Shown piece by piece: positions 20,496 through 31,318 of a DNA stretch of 64,000 nt. The stretch lies in assembly GCA_963976765.1 (NCBI GenBank), contig CAXBME010000018.1, positions 1 to 64,000 on the forward strand. The letters are read 5' to 3'. A program made the position numbers and the translations under genes. Every line of letters starts with the position of its first letter. The first letter of the stretch is position 1. The notes under the pieces were generated by a model. It was not told where the DNA came from and searched no databases. It saw only the letters and a list, made by a program, of their open reading frames with translations. The stretch is from an uncultured Planctomycetaceae bacterium (lineage in GTDB: Bacteria > Planctomycetota > Planctomycetia > Planctomycetales > Planctomycetaceae).

Positions 20496-20870
20496 TTACG
20501 GCAGCACGATTTCCAGGCCGGCTTCTTTCCAGCCTCGGAAACCGCCGTCCATCGAGATGACATTGGCGTATCCCATTTTCTGCAGATTGTCGGCGGCCAG
20601 AGCGGATCGGTAACCGCCCCCACAGTACAGCACGATCTTCTCAGAATGATCGGGGATCTTTTCTTCAACGTCCCGTTCGATGATGCCCTTGCCAAGGTGC
20701 TCGGCTCCGGGAAGGTGACCGCGGTTCCACTCGCTTTCTTCGCGAACGTCGACCAGTCGAAACGACTCACCAGCGGCCTGCCAGTCTTTGACGTCAGCGA
20801 CGGTGCATTCCGTGACTCGTGAGCGGGCGTCGTTGACGATTGCCAGGAATCCAGGGGCGTGATTTGCCAT
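20496..20870 (-). CDS. Rhodanese-like sulfurtransferase
   Basis: LVDVRE..EW..GHLPGA, active-site loop YCGGGYRS. Confidence 0.92.
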   Translation of the reverse strand: MANHAPGFLAIVNDARSRVTECTVADVKDWQAAGESFRLVDVREESEWNRGHLPGAEHLGKGIIERDVEEKIPDHSEKIVLYCGGGYRSALAADNLQKMGYANVISMDGGFRGWKEAGLEIVLP

Positions 20871-21658
20871 CAGTTCTGCTCCTCATGAGGGTGTGCCAGG
20901 CTGGCGAGTTCTGAGAGATGCTCCACAACAAGATCCGGCTGATGATCGCCGGGATTCTCAGGAAAGTCCTCGTACGGAATGTACTGTCGAATCCAGGCGG
21001 CTTTCATGCCGAAACGTTTGGCTCCCTGAATGTCTCCGAGCCAGTTATCACCCACATAAAGCGTCGCTTCCGGTCGGACATTCATGGACGAAACTGCGAG
21101 ATCAAACAACTTCGGATGCGGCTTCACGTGCCCAACATCGGCGGACACCACGACCGTTTCAAACCAACGATCCAAGCCGTGCTGAGCGAGGCTGTGATTG
21201 ATCGATCGACTGCACGGATAGTTTGATATCAGACCGAGTCGAAACCGCTTGCTAAGCCGGTCAAGCAGTTCATGAACGGTCGGGCAAACTTCGATTGATG
21301 AGACCATCACGTTGAATCGAACGTCGAGAAGTTCTGCGATCTCATCGTCGCTGGCGTCGGCCTCAAACAACGATCGAATCAGACTGCGTGTCGTGCCGGC
21401 GAGATCGTTTTCTTTGAACTCACCTGCGTACGGCGCCCGCCGTTCACGATGCTGAATTTGCTGAAGCGTGTCGAAGTCGTGTGCCCCGAACATCGCAGTC
21501 AGTGCGTCACTCAATGCACGGTCGCAACGGTCGACCTGACTCGGGCCAAACTCAATCAGCGTGTTGCCATAATCAAAAATCAACGCGTCAAGTTGCGGTG
21601 CGAGATGCTGCATTTCAGTGAGAATTTTCGTTTCATCGACGGGGTGAGCACTGCCCAC
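20870..21658 (-). CDS. HAD-superfamily hydrolase
   Basis: FDYGNTL, ISN, KPHP, VGDNWLGDI. Start may be the downstream ATG at 21613. TGATG coupling to rhodanese. Confidence 0.88.
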   Translation of the reverse strand: MGSAHPVDETKILTEMQHLAPQLDALIFDYGNTLIEFGPSQVDRCDRALSDALTAMFGAHDFDTLQQIQHRERRAPYAGEFKENDLAGTTRSLIRSLFEADASDDEIAELLDVRFNVMVSSIEVCPTVHELLDRLSKRFRLGLISNYPCSRSINHSLAQHGLDRWFETVVVSADVGHVKPHPKLFDLAVSSMNVRPEATLYVGDNWLGDIQGAKRFGMKAAWIRQYIPYEDFPENPGDHQPDLVVEHLSELASLAHPHEEQN

Positions 21659-21726
21659 CAGAATGTGAGAATCAAGTCATTACTGAGTTTTGGTGGACAG
21701 TGCCCACCCGACGGAAGTGCTGCCAC

Positions 21727-23208
21727 TTAGAACTGCTGTTCGGCGAGTTCGATGGCTCGCAACAGCCCTTTGGCTTTGTTGAGTGTTTCGTGATATTCAG
21801 ATTCGGGAACGCTGTCGGCAACGATGCCGGCTCCAGCCTGAACGTAGACCGTCTGCCCCTGCATGACGAGCGTACGCAGCGCGATGCAGGTATCCATATT
21901 TCCGGTAAAGTCGATGTACCCAACCGCCCCGGCGTAAGGGCCTCGGCGATGGCGTTCCTGTTCGTCGATGATCTCCATCGCCCGGACCTTGGGAGCACCG
22001 GAAACGGTGCCAGCCGGGAGTCCCGCCCGCAGCGCATCCAGAGCGGACAGTCCGTCGCGGAGCTGGCCGAAAACGTTCGACGTGATGTGCATCACGTGGC
22101 TGTACCGCTCGACAACCATCACGTCGTTGAGCGTGACTGACCCGTACTTTGCCACTCGACCCACATCGTTGCGGGCAAGATCAACGAGCATAACGTGTTC
22201 GGCTCGCTCCTTTTCGTCAGCCAGAAGTTCGTCAGCGAGCGCCTGATCTTCTGCCGGAGTCGCGCCGCGTTTACGAGTACCAGCCAGCGGGCGAATGGTG
22301 ATTTCTCCGTCTTCCGCTCGAACCATAATTTCGGGCGATGCGCCGACCAGATGCATCCCCGAAGTCTTCAGCAGAAACATGAACGGACTGGGATTCACGA
22401 CTCGCAATGCACGGTAAATGCTGAGTGGATTAGACGTTGTTTCCAGCTTTAATCGTTGACTGATAACGACCTGAAAAATGTCGCCAGCCCTGATGTATTC
22501 TTTGCAGTTTTCGACGGCCTGTTCGAACTCCTGCTGTTCGAAGTTGGACTCGAAAGCCAGCGTTGGTTCGCCGCCGATCGAAACATCAGCGGGTTGGATG
22601 CCGGACGTTGCTTCGCGAAGCTGCATACAGAGTTCGTCTACCCGAGCCGCCGCGCGATCGTATTCGGCCAGCAGATTGTCGGCGTTCGCGTTCGCGTGAC
22701 AGACCACCATGATCGTCTTGCGGATGTGGTCAAAGATGACCATTCGATCGAAAAATGCGAACGACATATCCGGAACATGGCGATCGTCCTTCGGCGCGTT
22801 CGGCAGATTCTCTGAGTACCGAATGACATCGTAGCCGGCGTACCCTACGGCTCCTCCGCAGAACCGAGGAAGCTCGGCCAGGTGCATGGCCCGGTATCGT
22901 TCGAGAAGTTGCTCAAGATCTTTGAGCGGGTCATTCGAGATGTACTCCCGAGTTTCGTCGCCCTCGGTGACGCTGACATTGTTCCCGAACGCCTCAATTT
23001 TCATGAACGGGTTATCGCCGAGAAAGCTGAACCGACCGACCTTCTCGCCACCGACGACACTCTCAAACAGGAAGGCACTGTCGCCTTTGAGTTTCGAGTA
23101 GGCCTGGACTGGCGTGAGAGTGTCGCTGGTGAGCTGTCGATATACCGGGACAAGGTCCACCTCGGACGCCAGCTTCTGGAACGTGTTGAAATCGGGCAGG
23201 TGTTTCAT
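21727..23208 (-). CDS. trpE: Anthranilate synthase component I
   Basis: [66 protein letters not shown]. Confidence 0.93.
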   Translation of the reverse strand: MKHLPDFNTFQKLASEVDLVPVYRQLTSDTLTPVQAYSKLKGDSAFLFESVVGGEKVGRFSFLGDNPFMKIEAFGNNVSVTEGDETREYISNDPLKDLEQLLERYRAMHLAELPRFCGGAVGYAGYDVIRYSENLPNAPKDDRHVPDMSFAFFDRMVIFDHIRKTIMVVCHANANADNLLAEYDRAAARVDELCMQLREATSGIQPADVSIGGEPTLAFESNFEQQEFEQAVENCKEYIRAGDIFQVVISQRLKLETTSNPLSIYRALRVVNPSPFMFLLKTSGMHLVGASPEIMVRAEDGEITIRPLAGTRKRGATPAEDQALADELLADEKERAEHVMLVDLARNDVGRVAKYGSVTLNDVMVVERYSHVMHITSNVFGQLRDGLSALDALRAGLPAGTVSGAPKVRAMEIIDEQERHRRGPYAGAVGYIDFTGNMDTCIALRTLVMQGQTVYVQAGAGIVADSVPESEYHETLNKAKGLLRAIELAEQQF

Positions 23209-23311
23209 GAGAGATTGCAGTTAAGGGCCGGATCGGAAAGCAGGTCTGTCGGGTTCGCTGATCTTCAAACCGCATCAGAAGTTACGTCGCTGGACTCGGT
23301 CTGAGCGTTCC

Positions 23312-23339
23312 TTGACAGTCCCAGGGGTGGCAATAGAAT
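23312..23339 (+). promoter_or_regulatory. Sigma70-type promoter candidate for mcsA-mcsB
   Basis: TTGACA-N16-TAGAAT. Confidence 0.55.
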
Positions 23340-23565
23340 TGCCCCGCATTCGGAATAAGATTGCAGATAAAGTCGTTATAGTGAAAAAGTCGTAGCAGTG
23401 GTCACGGATTGAACCGGCTCAGCAGTTGATTTGCCAGTCACCCGGTGACAAAACAAACCATGGATTCGGTTGCGTCTGGCGGGACTGGTGGAAAGTGCCG
23501 TTCGCCGGAAGATTTCAGCCGTCAGTAATCAATCGCCAGCGGTTGAAACGCGTGAGACCTTTCGC

Positions 23566-24084
23566 ATGAAGAAATGTCGTCGGTGTTCGAAACCTGCCAC
23601 GCTTCACATCACGGAGCTTCGGCAAGGGGAAGCTACAGAGATTCATCTCTGCGAAAGCTGCGCGAAAGACTACCTCAGTCAGGCTGAGGAGATGTCGACA
23701 CCGGAGTCCGAACTTCAGTTCGACCAGCTCGACGAAGGCCAGCAGCCGGAAGCCTCTGGTATAGACGACCGCGTTTGCCCGAACTGCGGGATCACGTTTC
23801 GCGAGTTTCGATCTCAGGGGCGACTGGGATGCCCGCATGATTATGTTGCCTTCGAAACAGACCTGATTCCGTTGATCGAGAACATTCACGGAGAAACGCA
23901 ACATTGCGGCAAGCTGCCTCGGCGAGCGCCCGATTCCAGTCGACGTCAGCATCAACTGATCCGACTGCGGAGTGAACTGAGGCTTGCTGTCGAAGAGGAA
24001 AACTACGAAACCGCAGCCAGGCTGCGTGACGAAATTCAGGAAGTCGAAACTCAGTTGCAGGGCAACGACAAGCCTGAAGAATAA
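23566..24084 (+). CDS. mcsA: McsA, arginine-kinase activator (CxxC motifs + UVR domain)
   Basis: CRRC, CESC, CPNC, GRLGCPHDY, H.GK.P, EENYETAARLRD. Directly upstream of mcsB. Confidence 0.92.
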   Translation: MKKCRRCSKPATLHITELRQGEATEIHLCESCAKDYLSQAEEMSTPESELQFDQLDEGQQPEASGIDDRVCPNCGITFREFRSQGRLGCPHDYVAFETDLIPLIENIHGETQHCGKLPRRAPDSSRRQHQLIRLRSELRLAVEEENYETAARLRDEIQEVETQLQGNDKPEE

Positions 24085-24157
24085 AGTTTCGTCCTTACGG
24101 CGACGCCTCGGGTAACGTCAGCAGTGACAACGATCAGCAGAAACGCGACAGGAGATA

Positions 24158-25222
24158 ATGGTGGACCTGAACAGTCTCACGCAAAGTAACAGCGAATGGT
24201 TGCGTGGCACTGGCCCGGAGTCGGATGTTGTGGTGTCGACAAGAATCCGGCTGGCTCGCAACCTTGCCGAGTTTCCGTTCAACACTCGTGCGGATGACGC
24301 CGCGCGAGGGCAGATTGTGAAACAGGTGCGAGACTGTCTGGGTGATCTCCCTGTCCCCAAAGTGCTGAACTATGTTGATGTTCCTTCGCTCGATGAGATC
24401 TCGCGTCAGTTTCTTGTCGAACGGCAGTTGATCAGTCGTGAACTCGCTGAGGGTGATGGTCCGCGGGGTGTTGCGTTTTCGACAGCAGAAGACGTCAGCA
24501 TCATGGTCAATGAAGAGGACCATCTAAGGCTGCAGGTACTGCGCAGCGGCCTGTCACTGGATGACTGCTGGGAAGAAATCAACCGGATGGACGACGCTCT
24601 GGAAGAAGAGCTGACATTCGCATTTCACGAACGTTACGGATATCTGACCGCTTGTCCGACAAATGTGGGAACGGGCATTCGAGTCAGCGTGATGCTGCAC
24701 CTTCCGGCTCTGGTTCAGACTCGCGAAATTCAAAAGGTCTTTCACAGTCTGCAGAAGATCAACCTGGCCGTTCGAGGCCTGTATGGCGAGGGCAGCCAGG
24801 CTCTGGGTGACTTTTACCAGATTTCAAATCAGTACACGCTTGGCCTGAGCGAAACTCAGGTTATCGACAAAGTACGCAGTGTGATTCCTCGACTGCTTGA
24901 CTACGAACGCCGAGCCAGAAAAGCGATGCTTGAAGAAAAGAAAGAGCAACTTCACGACCATATCGCTCGCGCATCGGGCATTCTGCGAAGCGCTCAGACC
25001 ATCAGCTCAGAAGAGACCATGCACCTGCTGTCGAGCGTTCGGATGGGAGTCAATCTAGGGCTGATCGACGACGTTGCCATCTCGACGCTCAACGAACTCT
25101 TCATCATGACGCAGCCCGCTCATCTTCAGAAACTGAAGAAGTCGGAGCTGGACTCAGCCGATCGCAACAAAGCTCGGGCGGCTCTGTTGCGGAACCGTCT
25201 GGCTGCCGATTCCGAAGACTGA
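24158..25222 (+). CDS. mcsB: Protein arginine kinase McsB
   Basis: STRIRLARN, NEEDHLR, GYLTACPTNVGTG.R.SVMLHLP, RGLYGEGS. Confidence 0.95.
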   Translation: MVDLNSLTQSNSEWLRGTGPESDVVVSTRIRLARNLAEFPFNTRADDAARGQIVKQVRDCLGDLPVPKVLNYVDVPSLDEISRQFLVERQLISRELAEGDGPRGVAFSTAEDVSIMVNEEDHLRLQVLRSGLSLDDCWEEINRMDDALEEELTFAFHERYGYLTACPTNVGTGIRVSVMLHLPALVQTREIQKVFHSLQKINLAVRGLYGEGSQALGDFYQISNQYTLGLSETQVIDKVRSVIPRLLDYERRARKAMLEEKKEQLHDHIARASGILRSAQTISSEETMHLLSSVRMGVNLGLIDDVAISTLNELFIMTQPAHLQKLKKSELDSADRNKARAALLRNRLAADSED

Positions 25223-25290
25223 TCGCGGAGGACGAGAAACGGCGGTCCGTCAAAACGCACGTGGCAAAACCGCGAGCAGCCTGGAAGTAG

Positions 25291-26142
25291 TTATCGCAGC
25301 ATCGAACGTTGAATATTCTGAGGGCTGTGTGGCCACATTTGCGGATGCCCCGCTGTCCTGTAGGTGCCGGTGTTTGTTTGGTAGCCGCTCGTCTGTTCGA
25401 TAGACGAGTTTGGAATCGGTGGCACACCGTCCATCGTTCGCCACGCTGGTGGCGGAAGCATGATGACTTCTTTTTGCTGGTATTGCTGGCTGCTCGTGTC
25501 GATGAATCCGGTGCTGGGCAAATTGGTTGCGTGGCGTTGCTGCAGCATGAAATGAATCTGGTTGACCTGATTTTCCAGTGCCTGAGTCCGTTCTGTGAGA
25601 TTCGTCGTGGCTGAACTTGCAATCGGTTGCTGCACGGTGCTCTGAACCTGCCATGCCTGAGGCTGAGGCACTGCGGCTTCCGGTTGTGGTGGCAGAGTGA
25701 GGAACGGTGTTGCCTCATTGGCTGGTGTTGGCAACTTGGGGTAGGAACCCGGCGTCAGAGCAGGACAGCAGCTCTGTGTTCCGCACTGAGGCTGCTGATT
25801 GCACGATGGCCGACTACCGCGTGATTGATCGGTGAAACAGTTTGACTGGCGATCCTTCAGTTTCAGGACGGGAACTCTGACTTCCTTCCAGCCGATCGTC
25901 GGCTGTTTGCATCCCAGATTCGGCGGAGCCTGGCAGACCTTCTGACATGACGACTGCACCTGTCGACAAGCATTGCTCAGATCGCAGGGACGGCGGACTG
26001 GAGTCTGGTCGCGGCAGGTTCCCGCTTCGCGAGCATTACACGTCGGGAAGGGAGACATTGACCGACAGGCTTGCCCGCATTTCTGCGTGGCGTGACAGCC
26101 GGTGATCATCGCGACAAATGAAAGCAGGATGAATGTTCGCAT
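25291..26142 (-). CDS. Putative Cys-rich lipoprotein
   Basis: ATG at 26142 gives MRTFILLSFVAMITGC (lipobox-like). Cys-rich N-half, Gln/Pro-rich C-half with a short coiled coil. Confidence 0.65.
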   Translation of the reverse strand: MRTFILLSFVAMITGCHATQKCGQACRSMSPFPTCNAREAGTCRDQTPVRRPCDLSNACRQVQSSCQKVCQAPPNLGCKQPTIGWKEVRVPVLKLKDRQSNCFTDQSRGSRPSCNQQPQCGTQSCCPALTPGSYPKLPTPANEATPFLTLPPQPEAAVPQPQAWQVQSTVQQPIASSATTNLTERTQALENQVNQIHFMLQQRHATNLPSTGFIDTSSQQYQQKEVIMLPPPAWRTMDGVPPIPNSSIEQTSGYQTNTGTYRTAGHPQMWPHSPQNIQRSMLR

Positions 26143-26403
26143 GTAATGCCTCCCGGGTTGCCGGGTTCCTGTCCGAAATTGTTGACCCAATGGCAAGTCA
26201 TCGTGGATGTGGCGATACACTGATCCCGTACGAATGCCTTTCTGTCGTATCGGCCACGGTTGATGCCGCAGTGAGCAATCTCGACGAACTCCGCAGTCCA
26301 GTAACAGGCGTCAAACTCTGCGGGATCGATCCTTACGTTTATGCGGATTCAGGAGGCGACTGCCTCGTGTAAAAAACACCGCTTGATGGCAGGACTCGAC
26401 TCG

Positions 26404-27369
26404 CTATACAGCGCCGCGCGACACGGTGGGGCCGCGGTCGATAATCGCCTGATCGATTTCGCTGACGACTTCAGCAGGCAATTGCCAGGTCAATGCGTTG
26501 GCCGTTTCGGCAATCTGTTCCGGCCGTTTGGCTCCGCAAAGCGCGCTGGTGATGCCGGGACGCTGGATCGTCCAGTTGACGACCAGATCCGGAAGGGAGC
26601 GTCCCAAACCGTCCGCAATTTCGCGCAATCGGTCGATGAAGTCGTGGTTCTTTTCCCACTCGTCGCCCTGGAACATCGGATATTTCTGTCGCCCGTCTTT
26701 AGGATCGAACTGGTGATCACGAGCGAGCTTTCCGGCCAGCAGCCCCTTCATCAGAGGCCAGTAGACCATCGCCGAGACGGAGTTCTTAATGCTCCACGGA
26801 AGCTGCGAACCTTCGATGTCGCGCTGGAGCATGTTGTAGTGAGGCTGGTATGCCGACAATGGACAGACCGCATGAAATTCAGCTAACTCGTCGACAGAAC
26901 CGTTTGAAAGCCCCGCAGTAAGAACCTTGCCCGCCTGCATCAACTCAAGGATCGCTCCGGCCGATTCGGCGACAGGAACCTGCGGATCGGGAGCGTGCAG
27001 GTAGTAAAGTTCAACTCGATCCGTGTTGAGCCGACGCAGACTTTCGTCGCACTCAGCAATGATTCTATCCGGACTGGCATCACTGACGCTGACTTTGTTT
27101 TCCCAGTGCAGCCCGCACTTTGTGGCGATGACAATTTCGTCGCGGACGTCTGCCAGGACGTCGCCGATCAACTTCTCGCTCTCACCGTCGTACCCGTACA
27201 TGTAGGCCGTGTCGAAGAAGTTGATGCCAGCGTCGAACGCCGCTCGAATCGTGGCTTCGCTGCGTTCACGAGTGACGTCAACACTCGTAATCCCCGCCAC
27301 CGGCCAGCACCCCATCGCGACGGGTGTGACTTCGATGTTTGATTTTCCAAGTCGTCGGCGAGGCTGCAT
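26404..27369 (-). CDS. Aldo/keto reductase
   Basis: GINFFDTA..YG, IATKCG, SLRRL.TD..ELYYLH.PD, G.SN. Confidence 0.94.
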   Translation of the reverse strand: MQPRRRLGKSNIEVTPVAMGCWPVAGITSVDVTRERSEATIRAAFDAGINFFDTAYMYGYDGESEKLIGDVLADVRDEIVIATKCGLHWENKVSVSDASPDRIIAECDESLRRLNTDRVELYYLHAPDPQVPVAESAGAILELMQAGKVLTAGLSNGSVDELAEFHAVCPLSAYQPHYNMLQRDIEGSQLPWSIKNSVSAMVYWPLMKGLLAGKLARDHQFDPKDGRQKYPMFQGDEWEKNHDFIDRLREIADGLGRSLPDLVVNWTIQRPGITSALCGAKRPEQIAETANALTWQLPAEVVSEIDQAIIDRGPTVSRGAV

Positions 27370-27674
27370 GGATTCGACACTTTACTTTCATCGCGGTTGA
27401 ATGGGTCCGGTTGAGAAGCGAGATTCTGACCGTCGCAGCGTTCAGTGCAACCTGTCCGTTTCCTGCGGTGGGGCGAGGATTCATCAGCGAACGTTTTTTG
27501 AATCGTCGACCAACCAATGTTGAAAGTTTGCCGGCTGGACCGGTCGTAGTCGCACGCCGTCGAAATCCTGCTCAAAACGTCCGGATACTCGTTGAGAATG
27601 TGAAGTCGCGGTCGCATACTCGCGTCGCTGTTGGCGAAAACTGGAACACTTTCTGAAATACGTGAGGACTTGCG

Positions 27675-28130
27675 ATGCGTCGACTTATGAGTGGAATTCT
27701 GTCGTTGGCTGCTGCGATTGTGGCTTTGAGTTCGTTGCAGGCTGTGGCGGGAGATTGTGCGGCACCGGCTCCGGCCTGTAATACGTGTCAGCCGAGAATG
27801 ACGGCTCGGCCAGCGATCTGTTGCCGACGTGCTCCCAGCAATGCCCTTCGTGCTCCGATCATCAAGCCAGTATGCCCGATCACGGTTTCAGTAACGTGCT
27901 GCCCGCAACGATGTCAGCCGGCCACGACGTGTCGCCCAGTCAAACGAACCTGCCCCGAGCCAAAGGTAACGTGCTGCTCACCGAAGCCAGCAACCTGCGC
28001 AGCACCTCAAGCAGTTGACGTGACGCCAGCTCCAGCGGGCAAGGCAGATGCCGTACCCGCTCCACCGGCTGAAGCCGCTCCCGCTCCGAAAGTGGCCCCC
28101 GCACCAGCTCCGCCGAAAGATGCTGCGTGA
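27675..28130 (+). CDS. Secreted Cys/Pro/Ala-rich small protein
   Basis: GAGGA RBS, signal peptide, CC/CxxC-rich core, PAP tail. Confidence 0.7.
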   Translation: MRRLMSGILSLAAAIVALSSLQAVAGDCAAPAPACNTCQPRMTARPAICCRRAPSNALRAPIIKPVCPITVSVTCCPQRCQPATTCRPVKRTCPEPKVTCCSPKPATCAAPQAVDVTPAPAGKADAVPAPPAEAAPAPKVAPAPAPPKDAA

Positions 28131-28159
28131 GTTGTTCGGAACACGGTCGGTCTGAATTC

Positions 28160-28250
28160 AAAATCGCAGAGGACGCTGAGAATTAAGGCTCAGAGAAAAG
28201 GGGAACTCTCCTGAAACTCTGTGAGCCCTCATCGCACTTTGCGATTTTTT
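28160..28250. terminator. Long imperfect hairpin between convergent genes (probable bidirectional terminator)
   Basis: AAAATCGCAGAG (28160) pairs with CTTTGCGATTTT (28237). Inner GGCTCAGAGA/TCTGTGAGCC. T tract follows. Confidence 0.55.
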
Positions 28251-28369
28251 CATTCGAGCAACGGGCTTAGACCATTTTCATGGTTTCTGTGCAGGAACTG
28301 GCCCCGGAACAGCCGTTGTTTCCTTTGTGGCCCTCCTGCAGCACACTGAAAACGAATTCCGAAAGTGCC

Positions 28370-29476
28370 CTAGCCGACGACTTCGTGCTGGAGTGTCAGT
28401 TTTTGCAGACGCTCCGGATTCGGATCAGGGATTGTGTCGAACGCTCGAACGGAAGGGACTCCTTCGACACTCTCAAGTTCCAGCGGTTCTTCGGCGAGGT
28501 CTTCGGTATAGAAACGCGAACTTGGAAAGATGTCGGCCGGGTAGGTGAAGTTGTCGAGCATCGCCAGTGCGGTACAGATGCCGGCTCCAGTTGAACTTTC
28601 CAACATCCCTCCAACCCAGCAGGGAATGCCGGCCTGCTGACAGACGTCGTGAATCGCTTTCGCGATGGTCAACCCGCCGACGCGACCGGGTTTGATGTTG
28701 ACGTACTGACAGCTCTTGAGAGCGATGGCCTGCTCGGTCTGCCGCACGGTAACAATGCTCTCGTCGAGACAGACCGGCGTCTTAATCTGCTGCTGAAGCT
28801 TAGCGTGGTCAAGAAGATCGTCGTGCTGCAAGGGCTGTTCGATCATCGCCAGATTGTACTGATCAATCTGGCGAAACAGATCGGCGTCGGAAATCCGGTA
28901 GCCACTGTTGCAGTCGATGTGGAACGTCTGGTCGGGGTGCTGGCTTCGCACGGCATCGAGCATGGGAACATCCCATCCGGGGCGAAACTTCAGCTTGATG
29001 CGGGGAAAACCGGCTTCGACTGCCGGGCCGACGGATTTCAGCAGGTCATCAAACGAGTCCATTACTCCGAAGTCGGCTCCAACGGGGACTTCGTTGCGGG
29101 TTGCTCCGAGCAGTTCGTGAAGTGGTTTGTTCTGAAGCCGAGCTTCGAGACTCCACCAGGCAGTATCCAGCACCGCTTTGGCGAACGGGTTCCCCTTAAA
29201 GAGTGAAAGCTCGGACTGAAGTTGCTGCCCGCTGGCAATTTCCTTGCCGATGAGCGTCGGCGCCAACCAGTCTCGATTCACACTGAAGATGCCATCGGCA
29301 CATTCCGGGCTGTAACACGGAGCGGCGAACGGAGCACTTTCTCCCCAGGCCTCGACACTGCCGCTTGTCATGCGGCAGAGAACTGAATGAATCGCGGCGT
29401 CCTCGCCGTAGGCCGTCCTCCACGGATAGATCAAGGGCATCGCGACGTGAAACAGCTCGATCCGGTCGATCTTCAT
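28370..29476 (-). CDS. menC: o-succinylbenzoate synthase / N-succinylamino acid racemase (enolase superfamily)
   Basis: RIKLK, IDCN, EQP, LDES, NIKPGRVGG, WVGGMLES. ATG at 29476 after a CAGGAG RBS. Confidence 0.82.
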   Translation of the reverse strand: MKIDRIELFHVAMPLIYPWRTAYGEDAAIHSVLCRMTSGSVEAWGESAPFAAPCYSPECADGIFSVNRDWLAPTLIGKEIASGQQLQSELSLFKGNPFAKAVLDTAWWSLEARLQNKPLHELLGATRNEVPVGADFGVMDSFDDLLKSVGPAVEAGFPRIKLKFRPGWDVPMLDAVRSQHPDQTFHIDCNSGYRISDADLFRQIDQYNLAMIEQPLQHDDLLDHAKLQQQIKTPVCLDESIVTVRQTEQAIALKSCQYVNIKPGRVGGLTIAKAIHDVCQQAGIPCWVGGMLESSTGAGICTALAMLDNFTYPADIFPSSRFYTEDLAEEPLELESVEGVPSVRAFDTIPDPNPERLQKLTLQHEVVG

Positions 29477-29874
29477 TGAGGTCGCTCCTGAGTTTGTGAC
29501 TTGCCAACAGCCTGAAATCTGACGCAAAGCTGCAAAGACGCCAAGGAACGCAAAGAAAAAGAGCCACGGATTTTCACCGGTCGCCCCAGATGGATTCACG
29601 AAGCAGACTGATCACTCGTGTAATTTCATGCCCACCTGAGGCCCCATTTCTGTCCGTCGTCGTTTACCGGTTTGGGATGCCCTGAGGAAAGAAATGACGT
29701 GGCGGACTGGTCGATGTGAGCGGCCATCTCTCGATGATCCGTGTTGACGTAATTGCCCTGCCAGTCGTACCTTCCTGCGGTTTTCCGGTCTCCTGCCGCA
29801 GGTGGGAGGACGGATGCGCATTGGCCGCTTGATAAGCGCCAACGCTGATCAGGTACCAGGCGAATGGAATCGCG

Positions 29875-31059
29875 ATGAATATCTTCTTTTCTGTCGGTGA
29901 ACCCAGCGGCGATCAGCATGCCGCTCATCTGATGCAGGAAATGCAGGCTCGCCGGTCTGATCTGCGGTTCAGCGGTTTCGGCGGTCCTCAGATGGAGCAG
30001 GCCGGGCTGGATTCGCTGTTTCGCCTGACGAATCTCGCCGTGATGGGCTTTTTTAAAGTCATCCCGCTGCTGTTCCAGTTTTACCGAATCGTCAAACAGG
30101 CGGAGCGTTACTTCGACGCTCAAAAGCCCGACGCCGTTATTCTGGTCGACTTTCCAGGCTTCAACTGGTGGATCGCCCGCAAAGCGAAAGCTCGCGGCAT
30201 CCCGGTCTTTTACTTCCTGCCGCCTCAGTTGTGGGCGTGGGGGCCGCATCGAGTGGAACGCGTTCGTAAATTCGTCGACCACGTCATCACCGCGCTTCCG
30301 TTTGAGCGGGACTGGTACGAAGACCGAGGCATTAAAGTTGACTACGTCGGGCATCCCTTCTTCGACGAAGTTAGCAATCACGTGCTGGACGATCGGTTCG
30401 TGCAACTCTGGAAGAACCGGCGTTCGCACACCGTGGCCGTGCTGCCAGGTTCACGGAGTCAGGAAGTCGGTCGCTGCTGGCCGGTCATGATTCAGGTTCT
30501 GAAGCGTCTGCACGCGCGACATCCAGACGCAACATTTCTGGTGGCGTGCTATCGAGATTCGCATCGCCGCCGCTGTTTACAACAGTTGCTGGTCGAGGCG
30601 CCGACTCTTCCGGTTCAGTTCTTCGTCGGAAAAACTCCCGAGATCATCGAAGCCGCTGACTGCGCGTTGATGGTTTCCGGATCGGTCAGTCTCGAACTGA
30701 TGGCTCGCAAAACGCCCGCCGTCGTGCTTTACCGGGTCAGCCGAGTCACCGGCATCCTCGGTGACCTGTTTCTGCAGTGCCCGTTTATCAGCCTTCCCAA
30801 TCTGATCGCCGGCCGCGAGGTGATGCCCGAATTCCTTTCTGTCGGAAATCCGAGCAAAGTCATCACCGGCATCACCGACGTTCTGGACCGCTGGATTCGC
30901 CTGCCCGAAGAACGCCAACTGGCCGTCAACGACCTGCTTGAAGCCAGCGAAGGCTTCGTCGAAGGCGGCGCCATCCAGAAATGCGCCGGCATCATTCTCG
31001 AGAAGCTACCTGAGTCAGCGTCCTTGCCAACTCGGCAGGCGTCGCCGAAAGCGGCGTAG
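29875..31059 (+). CDS. lpxB: Lipid-A-disaccharide synthase
   Basis: GEPSGD, VDFPGFN, PPQLWAW, LPFE, YVGHP, LPGSR..E, SLPNLIAG. Confidence 0.95.
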   Translation: MNIFFSVGEPSGDQHAAHLMQEMQARRSDLRFSGFGGPQMEQAGLDSLFRLTNLAVMGFFKVIPLLFQFYRIVKQAERYFDAQKPDAVILVDFPGFNWWIARKAKARGIPVFYFLPPQLWAWGPHRVERVRKFVDHVITALPFERDWYEDRGIKVDYVGHPFFDEVSNHVLDDRFVQLWKNRRSHTVAVLPGSRSQEVGRCWPVMIQVLKRLHARHPDATFLVACYRDSHRRRCLQQLLVEAPTLPVQFFVGKTPEIIEAADCALMVSGSVSLELMARKTPAVVLYRVSRVTGILGDLFLQCPFISLPNLIAGREVMPEFLSVGNPSKVITGITDVLDRWIRLPEERQLAVNDLLEASEGFVEGGAIQKCAGIILEKLPESASLPTRQASPKAA

Positions 31060-31318
31060 TGGGACGCTTAATTCAAGAATAGTGCCAGGCAGTGATCGAG
31101 ACAATTTAAGGTTCGTGGCTAAGCCTCTCCTGAGGACTCTGAAAAACGCCGTGACCTGAATTCACGTTGACAGCATTCAGTGAGCTTGCGTACAAGCCGC
31201 ATTCATACCACGGGCCGCGTTCGCGGTCGTCTTCGCCGGGCTCTCCGGTTCTGCCCTGTCTCGCCTTTCAGGCTCCAATTCCACGCCGGCTTCCCGGTCC
31301 AGCCTATTGGTTCTCTCC

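Noticed and set aside
20122..20613. 163-aa plus-strand ORF
   Set aside because: No motifs, crosses degenerate repeats, and overlaps rhodanese antisense.
23209..23565. CtsR box, CIRCE, or trp attenuator leader
   Set aside because: No GGTCAAA direct repeat, no TTAGCACTC inverted repeat and no Trp-rich leader peptide seen.
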